Shown here in pieces: positions 29,038 through 39,039 of a DNA stretch of 64,000 nucleotides (position 1 is its first letter; each line of letters starts with the position of its first letter). This DNA comes from Flavobacteriales bacterium (GTDB taxonomy: Bacteria; Bacteroidota; Bacteroidia; Palsa-965). The position numbers and the translations under genes were made by a program. The DNA lies in assembly GCA_040377305.1 (NCBI GenBank), contig JBEIPA010000028.1, positions 1 to 64,000 on the forward strand, written 5' to 3'. The notes beneath the pieces were generated by a model, which searched no databases, was not told where the DNA came from, and was given only the letters and a program-made list of their open reading frames with translations.

Positions 29038-30279
29038 TTAGCGAGCCGTGAGGTATTCGATGTAGATAACTGTCTGGTTGTATTCGTTAACAGCAGATAA
29101 ATAACTTTCCTGAATTGCAATTGCCTGTTGCAGATTTAAGAGGTGCTGTGTGTATCCGATGTCACCATTTTTATAAGAGAGCTTCGACTGTGTTTCAATC
29201 AACACTGCATTGGGCAACGCGCTCTTTTCATAATATGCGAGATTGCTCTGTGCAGCGAGATAGCGTTGAATCGCCTGATCGTACAGTGACTGATACATGA
29301 TCTGTTCACTTTCGTAATTCAGTTGTGCAATTTCCACCTGCGTCCCTGCTGCTTTAGAACTGTTAACGTTCGGATAAAACCACAACGGAAATACCAAGCC
29401 GACCTGCACTCCCTGAAATCGGTTGTTCGGTCCGGCAAACTGACTGTTCGCAGCATCGAGTGGCGCACCGTACAGCGTCTGATTGAAATAACCGATCTTG
29501 AATTCCGGCAATGCTGAATTTGAAATCACTGATTTTTCTCTTTCCGCAATTTCAATTTGCTGCTTCATGTATGCAAGCTGTGGATTCGCGGCTACTGCGG
29601 CGCTATCATTCAACATCGTAAACGGGCGGATCAGAGAATCGGATGAGTTAATTTGGACAGCATACGTGACGCCCATCAGTTGTTGCAATTGCGAATTCAG
29701 TCCTAGTATTTCCGCGGCAACCTGCATCTGCGTATTGCGTGTTTCACTCAATCGCGTTTCAGCCGAAGTTTTATCCAGCAAAGTTCCATCACCGGTTTTG
29801 TACCGAAGCGCTGCACCTGTTGCCAATTGACTGTAAGACGAATCCTGATTCTGCAACATCTGCTTATAGCGATTCCAGAACAGCAATTGATAGTACACCT
29901 GTTTCACCTGATACGCCAACTCGTTTTTTGTAGAAGCAACTTGTAAGCTTGCACCTTTCAGTTGTGCATTCGCAAGCGAAGACTTTGCACTGAAGACAGT
30001 AGGAAACGGAATAGTTTGAGCTACGGTGATGTTGTTGTCTTGCTTATAAAAGCTGTTGTACTGACCGTACGTCAGTGTAACATCCGTCTTCGGAAGCTCG
30101 GTACTCGCCTTTTTTTGGTACTGATAGTATTCAGTTTGCGCCGAGACAGCTTGCAGGTTCTTATTGTTGGCATAGGCAATTGAAACCGCAGTGTCGAGCG
30201 AAACTACTTTCGTTTGTGCGAATGCCGTTGATCCCGTTAATAATAACGCGGATACGATTGTTCTCAATGGATTGATCAT
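29038..30279 (-). CDS. TolC-family outer-membrane factor (CzcC-like)
   Basis: Signal peptide, two helical repeats with A..RY..G and Y..G.I, adjacent to czcA. Confidence 0.9.
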   Translation of the reverse strand: MINPLRTIVSALLLTGSTAFAQTKVVSLDTAVSIAYANNKNLQAVSAQTEYYQYQKKASTELPKTDVTLTYGQYNSFYKQDNNITVAQTIPFPTVFSAKSSLANAQLKGASLQVASTKNELAYQVKQVYYQLLFWNRYKQMLQNQDSSYSQLATGAALRYKTGDGTLLDKTSAETRLSETRNTQMQVAAEILGLNSQLQQLMGVTYAVQINSSDSLIRPFTMLNDSAAVAANPQLAYMKQQIEIAEREKSVISNSALPEFKIGYFNQTLYGAPLDAANSQFAGPNNRFQGVQVGLVFPLWFYPNVNSSKAAGTQVEIAQLNYESEQIMYQSLYDQAIQRYLAAQSNLAYYEKSALPNAVLIETQSKLSYKNGDIGYTQHLLNLQQAIAIQESYLSAVNEYNQTVIYIEYLTAR

Positions 30280-30427
30280 AGACTAAGTATGTTAATTGAT
30301 GCTTGCATGAGGCATGTTTCCCGAACAGGAACAAGCCAATGCATCAAAAACTATTTTTCCTGATAAAATGGAAGTAGACGCAGGTCGAAATACCCGCATC
30401 TGGAATGTTCTCGCATTCAGAATTCAA

Positions 30428-30820
30428 TTATGCAGTCTTAGGAGGCTGCCAGATGCAGTCGAGGTAGCTGACAGGAATATCCGTTTCGGACATCAGCTGA
30501 AAAGAGTATTCAGAAAATTGTGCCGGAAAAGAACCGACCGGCTCAATAACTTCAAAAGATGAAATAGAAGTACTGTGTGTGCAGCAATCGTTGCAATGCT
30601 TGAAAGGCATCTTCTCATCGCAATGACCAGTCGCCTCGTCTTCGTGATGGTCATCTGAATAATGCTCTGCAATAAAGTCCGAAAAACTTAAGTCGGGATG
30701 CTCCGTGCTTTCATGTTCAAAATAATGCTGAATCATGACCGGCATTTTCAATAACTCCATTGCAAAGGCATTGCCCGACAGAATCTGCAAACAGAAAAAC
30801 AGAGCAATTGCCTTTTTCAT
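30428..30820 (-). CDS. Small His/Cys-rich protein leading the czc operon
   Basis: Start MKKAIA at 30820; ELLK.P..IQHY.EH..LSF.DF..EHY..H..PFK...IWQPPK; TAACTTTG promoter immediately upstream. Confidence 0.8.
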   Translation of the reverse strand: MKKAIALFFCLQILSGNAFAMELLKMPVMIQHYFEHESTEHPDLSFSDFIAEHYSDDHHEDEATGHCDEKMPFKHCNDCCTHSTSISSFEVIEPVGSFPAQFSEYSFQLMSETDIPVSYLDCIWQPPKTA

Positions 30821-30879
30821 TGAATCAAAGTTAGGAAATTGGAGAGTCATCGCGCACCTGAGCACTGATCCCACCCGAA

Positions 30880-31385
30880 TGTTCTGAGAATTGTACGAAA
30901 TCCGTACCAGAATACTTCCATTCAACGTCTGAGCGGACTGAAACCCGCGTGAGAACTGACTGAAACCTGTCTGAGAACTCACCTGAATTTTCTAAGAATA
31001 GTCACATCAACATTGAGAATTTCTAAGAATTCAGCTGAATTTTCTGAGAACCGACTGAGAACTTTGCGAAATTTTCTAAGAACAGAACAGGTGCCGGTCA
31101 GGAACAGTAACGGAACAGCATGAACTTTAGAGAAAACGGACGTCTGGCAACAGCGTTCCGGATGAAAACAGGAGTATCCAGGCTGCAAATAGCAGGATGC
31201 GGGCTGGAAGCGGGTTGAAAGCAGCTTGGTGGCAGGAGGAAACAGCTAGAAAACAGCAGGAAACAGGAGTTTTCAGCAGGAAACAGCTTGTGGGCAGGGG
31301 TAAACAGGGCAAATGCACTACTTCGGAACCCATGTTGAACGGATATTGAACGGAAAAGCAACGGATATTGAACGAAAACGGCACG
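30880..31385. repeat. Non-coding tract of short degenerate direct repeats
   Basis: Blocks of (ttt)ctRagaa, gaaacag(c/g) and aacggatattgaacg repeats. Confidence 0.7.
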
Positions 31386-31524
31386 AATCTGCAACCAATA
31401 CTCAACCGAAATTCAGGTCTTGGTTTGCAAGATTTCGCGCTTTACTTTCATAAGTGCTGATAGCCGGAACCATCTTCTGTGGTGCTGAAATATTGCATCT
31501 TTGGTTTTATCAAAGTAAACAAGG

Positions 31525-32421
31525 ATGAAACGTCAGATCAAAGAGGTCGAATTTTTCGACCGACTTAATAAGCGGCTCCGAAAGTATGCGCAGGCAATAC
31601 CGGTGCGAGGAGATGGGACAATGATAATGCATATGCTCCAAAAGGCAGGCTTACTTGTATCGCACATCAAAAACGACAATATAAAATTCAAAACGCTCGG
31701 GCCTGGTGTATGGGGTTACGGTGTAAATGCTTGTTGTGATGGAACCGAAGAATATGCAAACACTGACGTTCTGAAAATTGAGAAGATTGGTGAGCTAAAC
31801 AAGCATGTTAAGTACAACTTACTTTGGTTAATCATTTTCAAAATTGACGGCGATATGTTCAAGTATCATCTTTATTGCATGGACACCGTTAAGGGTGTTT
31901 TTAATAGCAATATTGATAGATCAATTCCATTGCAGGATTTGAAGTCTGTTTCTCTTCGCAAGCGCGCAAGCTCCTACATCCTTGACCTAGAATTTGTTTC
32001 GCTTGCCAAACCTTTTTCCTTCGAGCTGGACTCAATGTACTCCCCAGCGGATATGGCAAGTGACTACAAGGAAGTATTTGAAGAAATTTTGATTAAACAA
32101 AAGAGTACCGATACAGAAAGTGAGCCGAAGCAAAAACTAGAGGCAGCAAATGCAAACTACACGCCCCAAATAACGGCTCAAAATGTTACTATACACAACG
32201 CGCCAGTAACAAATAATAATACGATCACCGATTCAGTGATTAACACGGGTGAAATGTCCAACTCCACAATTTCAAAATCTCGTACTTCCATCGAATCAAA
32301 CAAAAAAATAAAGCGTTGGGAGATTTTGAAAAAATGGTGGTGGTCTTTTGTAATTCCAATTGTAATAGGATTGTTTTTACTTTACTGCGAAAAGGAAAAT
32401 TGGATCGACTGGTTTAAATAG
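31525..32421 (+). CDS. Hypothetical protein with C-terminal TM
   Basis: 298-aa ORF with an N/T-rich linker and KWWWSFVIPIVIGLFLLY. Confidence 0.75.
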   Translation: MKRQIKEVEFFDRLNKRLRKYAQAIPVRGDGTMIMHMLQKAGLLVSHIKNDNIKFKTLGPGVWGYGVNACCDGTEEYANTDVLKIEKIGELNKHVKYNLLWLIIFKIDGDMFKYHLYCMDTVKGVFNSNIDRSIPLQDLKSVSLRKRASSYILDLEFVSLAKPFSFELDSMYSPADMASDYKEVFEEILIKQKSTDTESEPKQKLEAANANYTPQITAQNVTIHNAPVTNNNTITDSVINTGEMSNSTISKSRTSIESNKKIKRWEILKKWWWSFVIPIVIGLFLLYCEKENWIDWFK

Positions 32422-32428
32422 AATGTAT

Positions 32429-33229
32429 TCACGTCGCTTGAGTTCGAAGTTCCATAATTTCTGACTTAAAGAAATTCAACAAAAATATTCTGTTAAACTT
32501 AGTCACGAATATTGAATCGCTCACGCTCTCTTCGATATAGGAGTAGTCTTCAGAAGTTTGCGCTCCGCCAATCACCATTACCAACCAAACTTCAGAGAAT
32601 AGAGAAGTTTCATTTGGTATATTTTTCTCCTTATTCATTATACTTGCTTCCACAGTTGATCTATTCAAAGAACCTACTGTATGAGCCTGACTGCAGTAAA
32701 GGTGAATGCCCGTGTGCGGCGTCTTTCGAACCTTATTAACTACTGTTCCATGTGAATATTTACCATCAATAATATTTCTGATTTCAGTCTTTATTAATTG
32801 TCTTCCTGCGGAACTTAAGTCCACATTTGAAGGCAACCCCACTGAATAAATACCTTTGTACTGCGAGTCGTGCTTGGATAAATCATTTTTGATCTGTTCA
32901 AACATTTTTTTCAATATTCCCTCCTTTTCCTTTTCGTCTTGCCGAATAACCAAATCACTTAACTCTAATCCGACAACTCGATTCTCGAATGCAATTGTGA
33001 AGTCGGGTCTTTCGCGAAATCCGTCAACAATGGCGATATTTTGATTGAACAAATAAATAAACTTTCCTAAGTCAATCAGTTCCTTAATTTTTTGCTTCCT
33101 CTCATTGTCAGATTTATGGGAGCTGCTGATTCTTTCAATCCACGGATCAATTTTGCCGTGAACAAATGATTTTTCCATAGCCATCTTGATTAGCCCCTCC
33201 GAAATAATATCCGACAATTCTTTCTTCAT
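32429..33229 (-). CDS. PD-(D/E)XK nuclease-like protein
   Basis: ERPDF.......GLEL motif; WLV and F.RIFL strands. Confidence 0.65.
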   Translation of the reverse strand: MKKELSDIISEGLIKMAMEKSFVHGKIDPWIERISSSHKSDNERKQKIKELIDLGKFIYLFNQNIAIVDGFRERPDFTIAFENRVVGLELSDLVIRQDEKEKEGILKKMFEQIKNDLSKHDSQYKGIYSVGLPSNVDLSSAGRQLIKTEIRNIIDGKYSHGTVVNKVRKTPHTGIHLYCSQAHTVGSLNRSTVEASIMNKEKNIPNETSLFSEVWLVMVIGGAQTSEDYSYIEESVSDSIFVTKFNRIFLLNFFKSEIMELRTQAT

Positions 33230-33322
33230 TTCGCAAGTAAGAATTTAAGTTAAGCAGGAACATAAATTTCTCTCGTAACAGAACGTTGCCAAGTACATCG
33301 TCCTCAAGGATTGGAGTACACT

Positions 33323-34159
33323 TCAAATTGCTCTTCTAAACATCATTACATATTTTGAATCGTAACCCGCGCGATCGACGATCTCAACTATTTCAAATGG
33401 ATTTCGATCACCACCTGTATCGCTACCGTCAGCACCAAGCCATCGACTTTCCACTTCATCAAAATCAAACGGCACGGACTCAGTTAAGAGTTTATAGGTT
33501 TCAACATAGTTCTTGATTTGGTTAGTCGAATACAATCTTCTGTTGACTGGTGGCTTACAACAAGTCAAGATTCTCCACGGTGACGCATAGTTGGGATGTA
33601 AATCTTCAAATCTTGGATTTATGTAGTTCAAGTTCCAGTCTTGGCGAAGAGCAACAACCTTGATATTTTGCACTGTGACTAACGAACAACCAAACTGTTC
33701 AGTAGTAAACGGCCTATTGCAGACGTCAAATAGATTTCTGTTCGAATATCTTTCGCGACCATTATAGAGTAGATAGTACGGCATACAATCCGATAGCTGT
33801 TGAAGGCGCAATAGTTTTTCCCACTGATACTCTCCATTAGGTCGGTCTCGCAGATTAATATAGCGACCATTCATTTTTAGTGCCTTAGCCTGCATCGCAT
33901 ACCACACAAAAAAACCGGGAAGGCTTTCAACGAAAATGTCAACATCACTCCCGTGCAATATTTCCTGATACCCTGGATTGGCCCATGCACCAAAATTTGA
34001 ATCCCGGTTGAACTCGTCTCTAATTCGGGAAATAATTTCCGCTGTGATTCCTATCTCCGGAGGATCAATTCCATTTCGGTGATGCCGGTTGACCTTATCC
34101 CAGGTTTCGGCTGCCACATCGTTGAAGAGTTTACACTTGTTTGATATTAAAGGGTGCAT
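33323..34159 (-). CDS. Restriction-endonuclease-fold protein, DUF6615-like
   Basis: E..IT, E...G.D, QAK, Q...L, PYYLLYN, GCSL motifs. Confidence 0.7.
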   Translation of the reverse strand: MHPLISNKCKLFNDVAAETWDKVNRHHRNGIDPPEIGITAEIISRIRDEFNRDSNFGAWANPGYQEILHGSDVDIFVESLPGFFVWYAMQAKALKMNGRYINLRDRPNGEYQWEKLLRLQQLSDCMPYYLLYNGRERYSNRNLFDVCNRPFTTEQFGCSLVTVQNIKVVALRQDWNLNYINPRFEDLHPNYASPWRILTCCKPPVNRRLYSTNQIKNYVETYKLLTESVPFDFDEVESRWLGADGSDTGGDRNPFEIVEIVDRAGYDSKYVMMFRRAI

Positions 34160-34347
34160 ACAGCAGTTGGGTTAGCTTCATCTAAATTACAAACAAGAAA
34201 ACAGCTGGGCTAATTCGTTCATTTGAAATGTCGGTGAATTCGGAGTTTCTTCGGTTTAAAACCGGTTAATAACTCCGGCGTTTTGAAGAAATTCTTCGCG
34301 GGTCTGTGCTCGTAACTTCACGGTACAAATCGCTAAAATATACAGAT

Positions 34348-35565
34348 ATGGACAGTGGAGAGAAAAACCGAATCAAGTTTACAGTTCTCGGTAGCAAAGA
34401 AGAATATGATAAAGTGTTCAAGGAGATTGAGAACTTATCCGACCAGTTACGCCCCGAAGAAATCCTATCACAAATTCAAAAGAGAGTTTCTTTAGCAGTT
34501 ATTTGGGGAATGCCATTGGAAAGAAAAGTGCTGGAAACTTTTCCAATGCATCGCATTCGAGTAGAGAAACTAGGCGAAACCATAGATGAGACAAATCCTC
34601 AATCGTATTATTATCCACCGAATCCGAAACGAGGCCGTGCGAACGTGGAAGGACAACATGTCTTTTATGCGTCGGGAGATAATCATACTCCATTTCATGA
34701 GCTTGCGGAAGACATCAAAGTAGGTGAGTCAATCGTTTACTACTCACAGTGGGGCATGAAGGATTGCCCTGAAGAAGTGTTCATGCGAACCTTCTTTATG
34801 GGAATCGAAAAAGGTAAAGAAGAAGATTACGCTTCTATTATGGCGGGCGGATTAAATGAGAAAGTGGAAGAATGGTTGCAAATATTTGACGAAAAACCTC
34901 GGGAGTTAGTTCGTTATTGTCAGGAACGATATAACGGATTATTCAGGATAAAAGGAAAAGAATTTCATCACCTTAGTTCTGCAATTGCACACGACACGTT
35001 TGTTTCCGCACTAAGTCAAGGTGTGAACATTCCCATCCTAACTTATCCCGCGGTTTCTAAAGACAATCGTGCTGTGAACTTCGCGATACGCAAAGACTTC
35101 GCGGACAAACACATTTATCTGAAACAGGTAGATAAGGTTCGCGTTACGAAGATTGAAGACGAGCATGTAGGATTCGAGGTAATTGGTCGAGGATATCCTA
35201 AGAACGGTAAAGTTGAGTGGCACCACTTCAACATTAAACCAACACCAGATTATGGAGGTGTTTGGGTTTGTTTTGACAAGATTGCTAGACCATTAAAAGC
35301 GGGAGAGGGTGTCACTATGTGTTGTGAGAAACATCGGATGTCAATGAAGGAGTTTTTAGAACAGAACCATGTAGTGTCCGCCGAAACGTTGGTACAAGGT
35401 ATTACGACAATGCCACAAGAGTTGATGGAAGGGAAACAGGTTAGTATCCAGAAGCGGGAAATCTTCGTTGAACCGAAAAAACTTTTCATTGAATCGGACA
35501 TTTCACAAAACGGAAAGATTAAGTACATCCGTGTTCCTATCAATTATGCTGTAGGTTACGAATAA
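34348..35565 (+). CDS. RES-domain protein
   Basis: R.R, YPP...GRAN..G..VFYAS......E, I.YP.V.....N.AI. Confidence 0.75.
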   Translation: MDSGEKNRIKFTVLGSKEEYDKVFKEIENLSDQLRPEEILSQIQKRVSLAVIWGMPLERKVLETFPMHRIRVEKLGETIDETNPQSYYYPPNPKRGRANVEGQHVFYASGDNHTPFHELAEDIKVGESIVYYSQWGMKDCPEEVFMRTFFMGIEKGKEEDYASIMAGGLNEKVEEWLQIFDEKPRELVRYCQERYNGLFRIKGKEFHHLSSAIAHDTFVSALSQGVNIPILTYPAVSKDNRAVNFAIRKDFADKHIYLKQVDKVRVTKIEDEHVGFEVIGRGYPKNGKVEWHHFNIKPTPDYGGVWVCFDKIARPLKAGEGVTMCCEKHRMSMKEFLEQNHVVSAETLVQGITTMPQELMEGKQVSIQKREIFVEPKKLFIESDISQNGKIKYIRVPINYAVGYE

Positions 35566-35567
35566 AA

Positions 35568-35590
35568 GAAGGAGGCTCTCCGCCTCCTTC
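35568..35590. terminator. Hairpin between convergent ORFs
   Basis: gaaggaggc / gcctccttc. Confidence 0.65.
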
Positions 35591-35596
35591 CGACCT

Positions 35597-35749
35597 TTAC
35601 TTCTGGTCTTTCTTGTCAATATGAACAGTTATATCAATGAGTTTTACGATGAATTTTACTTTGATTTTCGATTTGATTTGAGTTTTTACGTTTTGGAGTT
35701 TAATCAACTGTCCCATTAACGATTTCAGAATCGTTTTAAGGGTCTCCAT
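35597..35749 (-). CDS. 50-aa basic peptide METLKTILKSLMGQLIKLQNVKTQIKSKIKVKFIVKLIDITVHIDKKDQK
   Basis: Manual translation; AAGGAGGT upstream and a hairpin right after the stop. Confidence 0.45.
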   Translation of the reverse strand: METLKTILKSLMGQLIKLQNVKTQIKSKIKVKFIVKLIDITVHIDKKDQK

Positions 35750-35985
35750 TAAAATACTAATACCTCCTTTCGACTAGGTTAAACAATCTCGTCTCCAACT
35801 TGGGACGGTCTCCGGGAAAAGTGTGAGTTTACTTTTACGAGTTTTCGAAGGAGTTTTACGTGATTTTACGGAGTTTACTCCCGAAGACAGGTGCTTTTAC
35901 GAAAAGGGACTGAAAAGGTTGCGCACGGAATATGCATTGAACAAGCGGCGTGGATAGTCGCAGTGTGAAATTGATTAATCTTGTT

Positions 35986-36021
35986 AATTACTAATTATAC
36001 TATATGGTATAATTAGTAATT
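35986..36021. promoter_or_regulatory. 15-bp perfect palindrome upstream of the MerR-like gene
   Basis: aattactaattatac-N6-gtataattagtaatt, then TATCTTTG (36027-36034) and ATG 36039. Confidence 0.75.
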
Positions 36022-36038
36022 CCTGCTATCTTTGCCCT

Positions 36039-36851
36039 ATGCCTCCCAAACCCAGCATAGCCGCACCCTACATTTCCACCTTGCGGCAGCAGTCACTACT
36101 TCTGAGTCACTTCCTGCACGAAACTGGCGGAGAGATTTCCGAAATGCTCAACAACAAGACCTTGAAGGTTGCTGATCTCGGTTTCACTTATCGTCAGATC
36201 AACTCATGGGATGAACACGGACTTCTGCATTTAAATCGCGATGGTACCGAATGGCGCTGCTTCAGCATTATGGATCGCATTTGGATCGGGTTGATTGGAG
36301 AAATGCGCAAGTATGGTATTTCGTTGAAGCAGATCGGGAAAATCAAAACTTATTTGACCGAATATCCGGTCGCGGTGGGTAACAAGATTGCTGTACTGGA
36401 ATTCTATACGGCTCACGCGGCGCCGCGAAAACATCCATGCGTGGTTGTCATTTTCGAAGACGCTTCAGCGCTGATCTGTCAATACCAGGAATGGTTACGG
36501 ATGCAGCTTGCAGATAAGGTGCCGAATCATGTGCTCATTCACCTCAATCCCATCTTTGAACAGGTGTTTCCGAAAAGTAAGATTGGTGCAAACTACAAGG
36601 ACGTTACTGGCTTTGAACAACAGGATTTCGAAATGCTCGCAGCGATCAGTAATTGTGAGTTTGAAAAAGTAGAAGTCACCTACAAGGATGGAAAAGCTGA
36701 TCTGCTCAAAGGGTTGAAACGACATAAAGTGAATGCAAAAATTGCAGACATCCTGCGTGAAAATGCATATCAAAAGTTGGAGGTCGAACTTGCAGGTGGT
36801 GAAGTTTCACGGATATTTCAATGGAAAAGAATAAAACTCAATAAAGCCTAA
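36039..36851 (+). CDS. MerR-type HTH DNA-binding protein
   Basis: LGFTYRQINSWDEHGLL....WR.FS..D..W...I.E.R..G.SL..I. Confidence 0.8.
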   Translation: MPPKPSIAAPYISTLRQQSLLLSHFLHETGGEISEMLNNKTLKVADLGFTYRQINSWDEHGLLHLNRDGTEWRCFSIMDRIWIGLIGEMRKYGISLKQIGKIKTYLTEYPVAVGNKIAVLEFYTAHAAPRKHPCVVVIFEDASALICQYQEWLRMQLADKVPNHVLIHLNPIFEQVFPKSKIGANYKDVTGFEQQDFEMLAAISNCEFEKVEVTYKDGKADLLKGLKRHKVNAKIADILRENAYQKLEVELAGGEVSRIFQWKRIKLNKA

Positions 36852-36927
36852 AGGGATAACGAACCCTGGGCAAACTCAGATAGCTATGCTACGTCAGACG
36901 GACGATGCACTGCGCACACTCTGAACA

Positions 36928-37105
36928 ATGTCAACTCAAAATGAAAAGGACGACTTAAAAGGACCATCCCCATTAACAACAGAAAAACTAAGAACATATC
37001 CCGGATTTGAAAATCTATCCGATGAAGAAGCGACGGAAGCTATTCGCACAATAAGAACGTGCGCCCGATTCTTCTTTGAATTGTACGTTTCTGATAAGAG
37101 AGAAA

Positions 37106-37125
<20 letters not shown>
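36928..37125 (+). CDS. Small protein overlapping the recombinase start (possible accessory/directionality factor)
   Basis: LT.EKLRTYPGFENLSDEEA..AI..I; overlaps the recombinase ATG. Function is inference only. Confidence 0.7.
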
Positions 37126-38744
<1,619 letters not shown>

Positions 38745-38775
38745 TCGTATGTTTCAACAACTTCTTCGCTTCATT

Positions 38776-38822
38776 CTCGAACCTATGTCCGCCGCGGCGG
38801 ATATGAGACCGATGAGCTACCA
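38776..38822 (-). pseudogene. Degenerate partial tRNA-fMet copy with a 14-bp palindrome
   Basis: ctcgaacctatg-[tccgccgcggcgga]-tatgagaccgatgagctacca versus the tRNA ctcgaacctatg-[accttcgggt]-tatgagcccgacgagctacca. Confidence 0.85.
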
Positions 38823-38874
38823 TCGTTGAGGTATTTCTTTTCGGCCTGACATAATACTCGGCTGAAAAGCGGTG

Positions 38875-38882
38875 CAAATATA
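38875..38882 (-). promoter_or_regulatory. Promoter for the tRNA locus
   Basis: TATATTTG followed by caccgc on the minus strand. Confidence 0.7.
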
Positions 38883-39039
38883 CGGTTTTTTGGGGCTGCT
38901 GATTTTCGAGTTATGCACATTTGGGTAAAAGGGCTGATTATCCACTATTTAGACAATGGAATTTCGGAGAATTACCTTCGAAAACACCCAAATCAGGTCT
39001 TACCTTAGTTAAACCAAGCCCTCAACGAATCAATTTATC

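Noticed and set aside
30880-31405. CRISPR array, or the small ORFs 30979-31405
   Set aside because: The repeats are short, degenerate and irregularly spaced with no cas genes; the ORFs are low-complexity products of the repeats.
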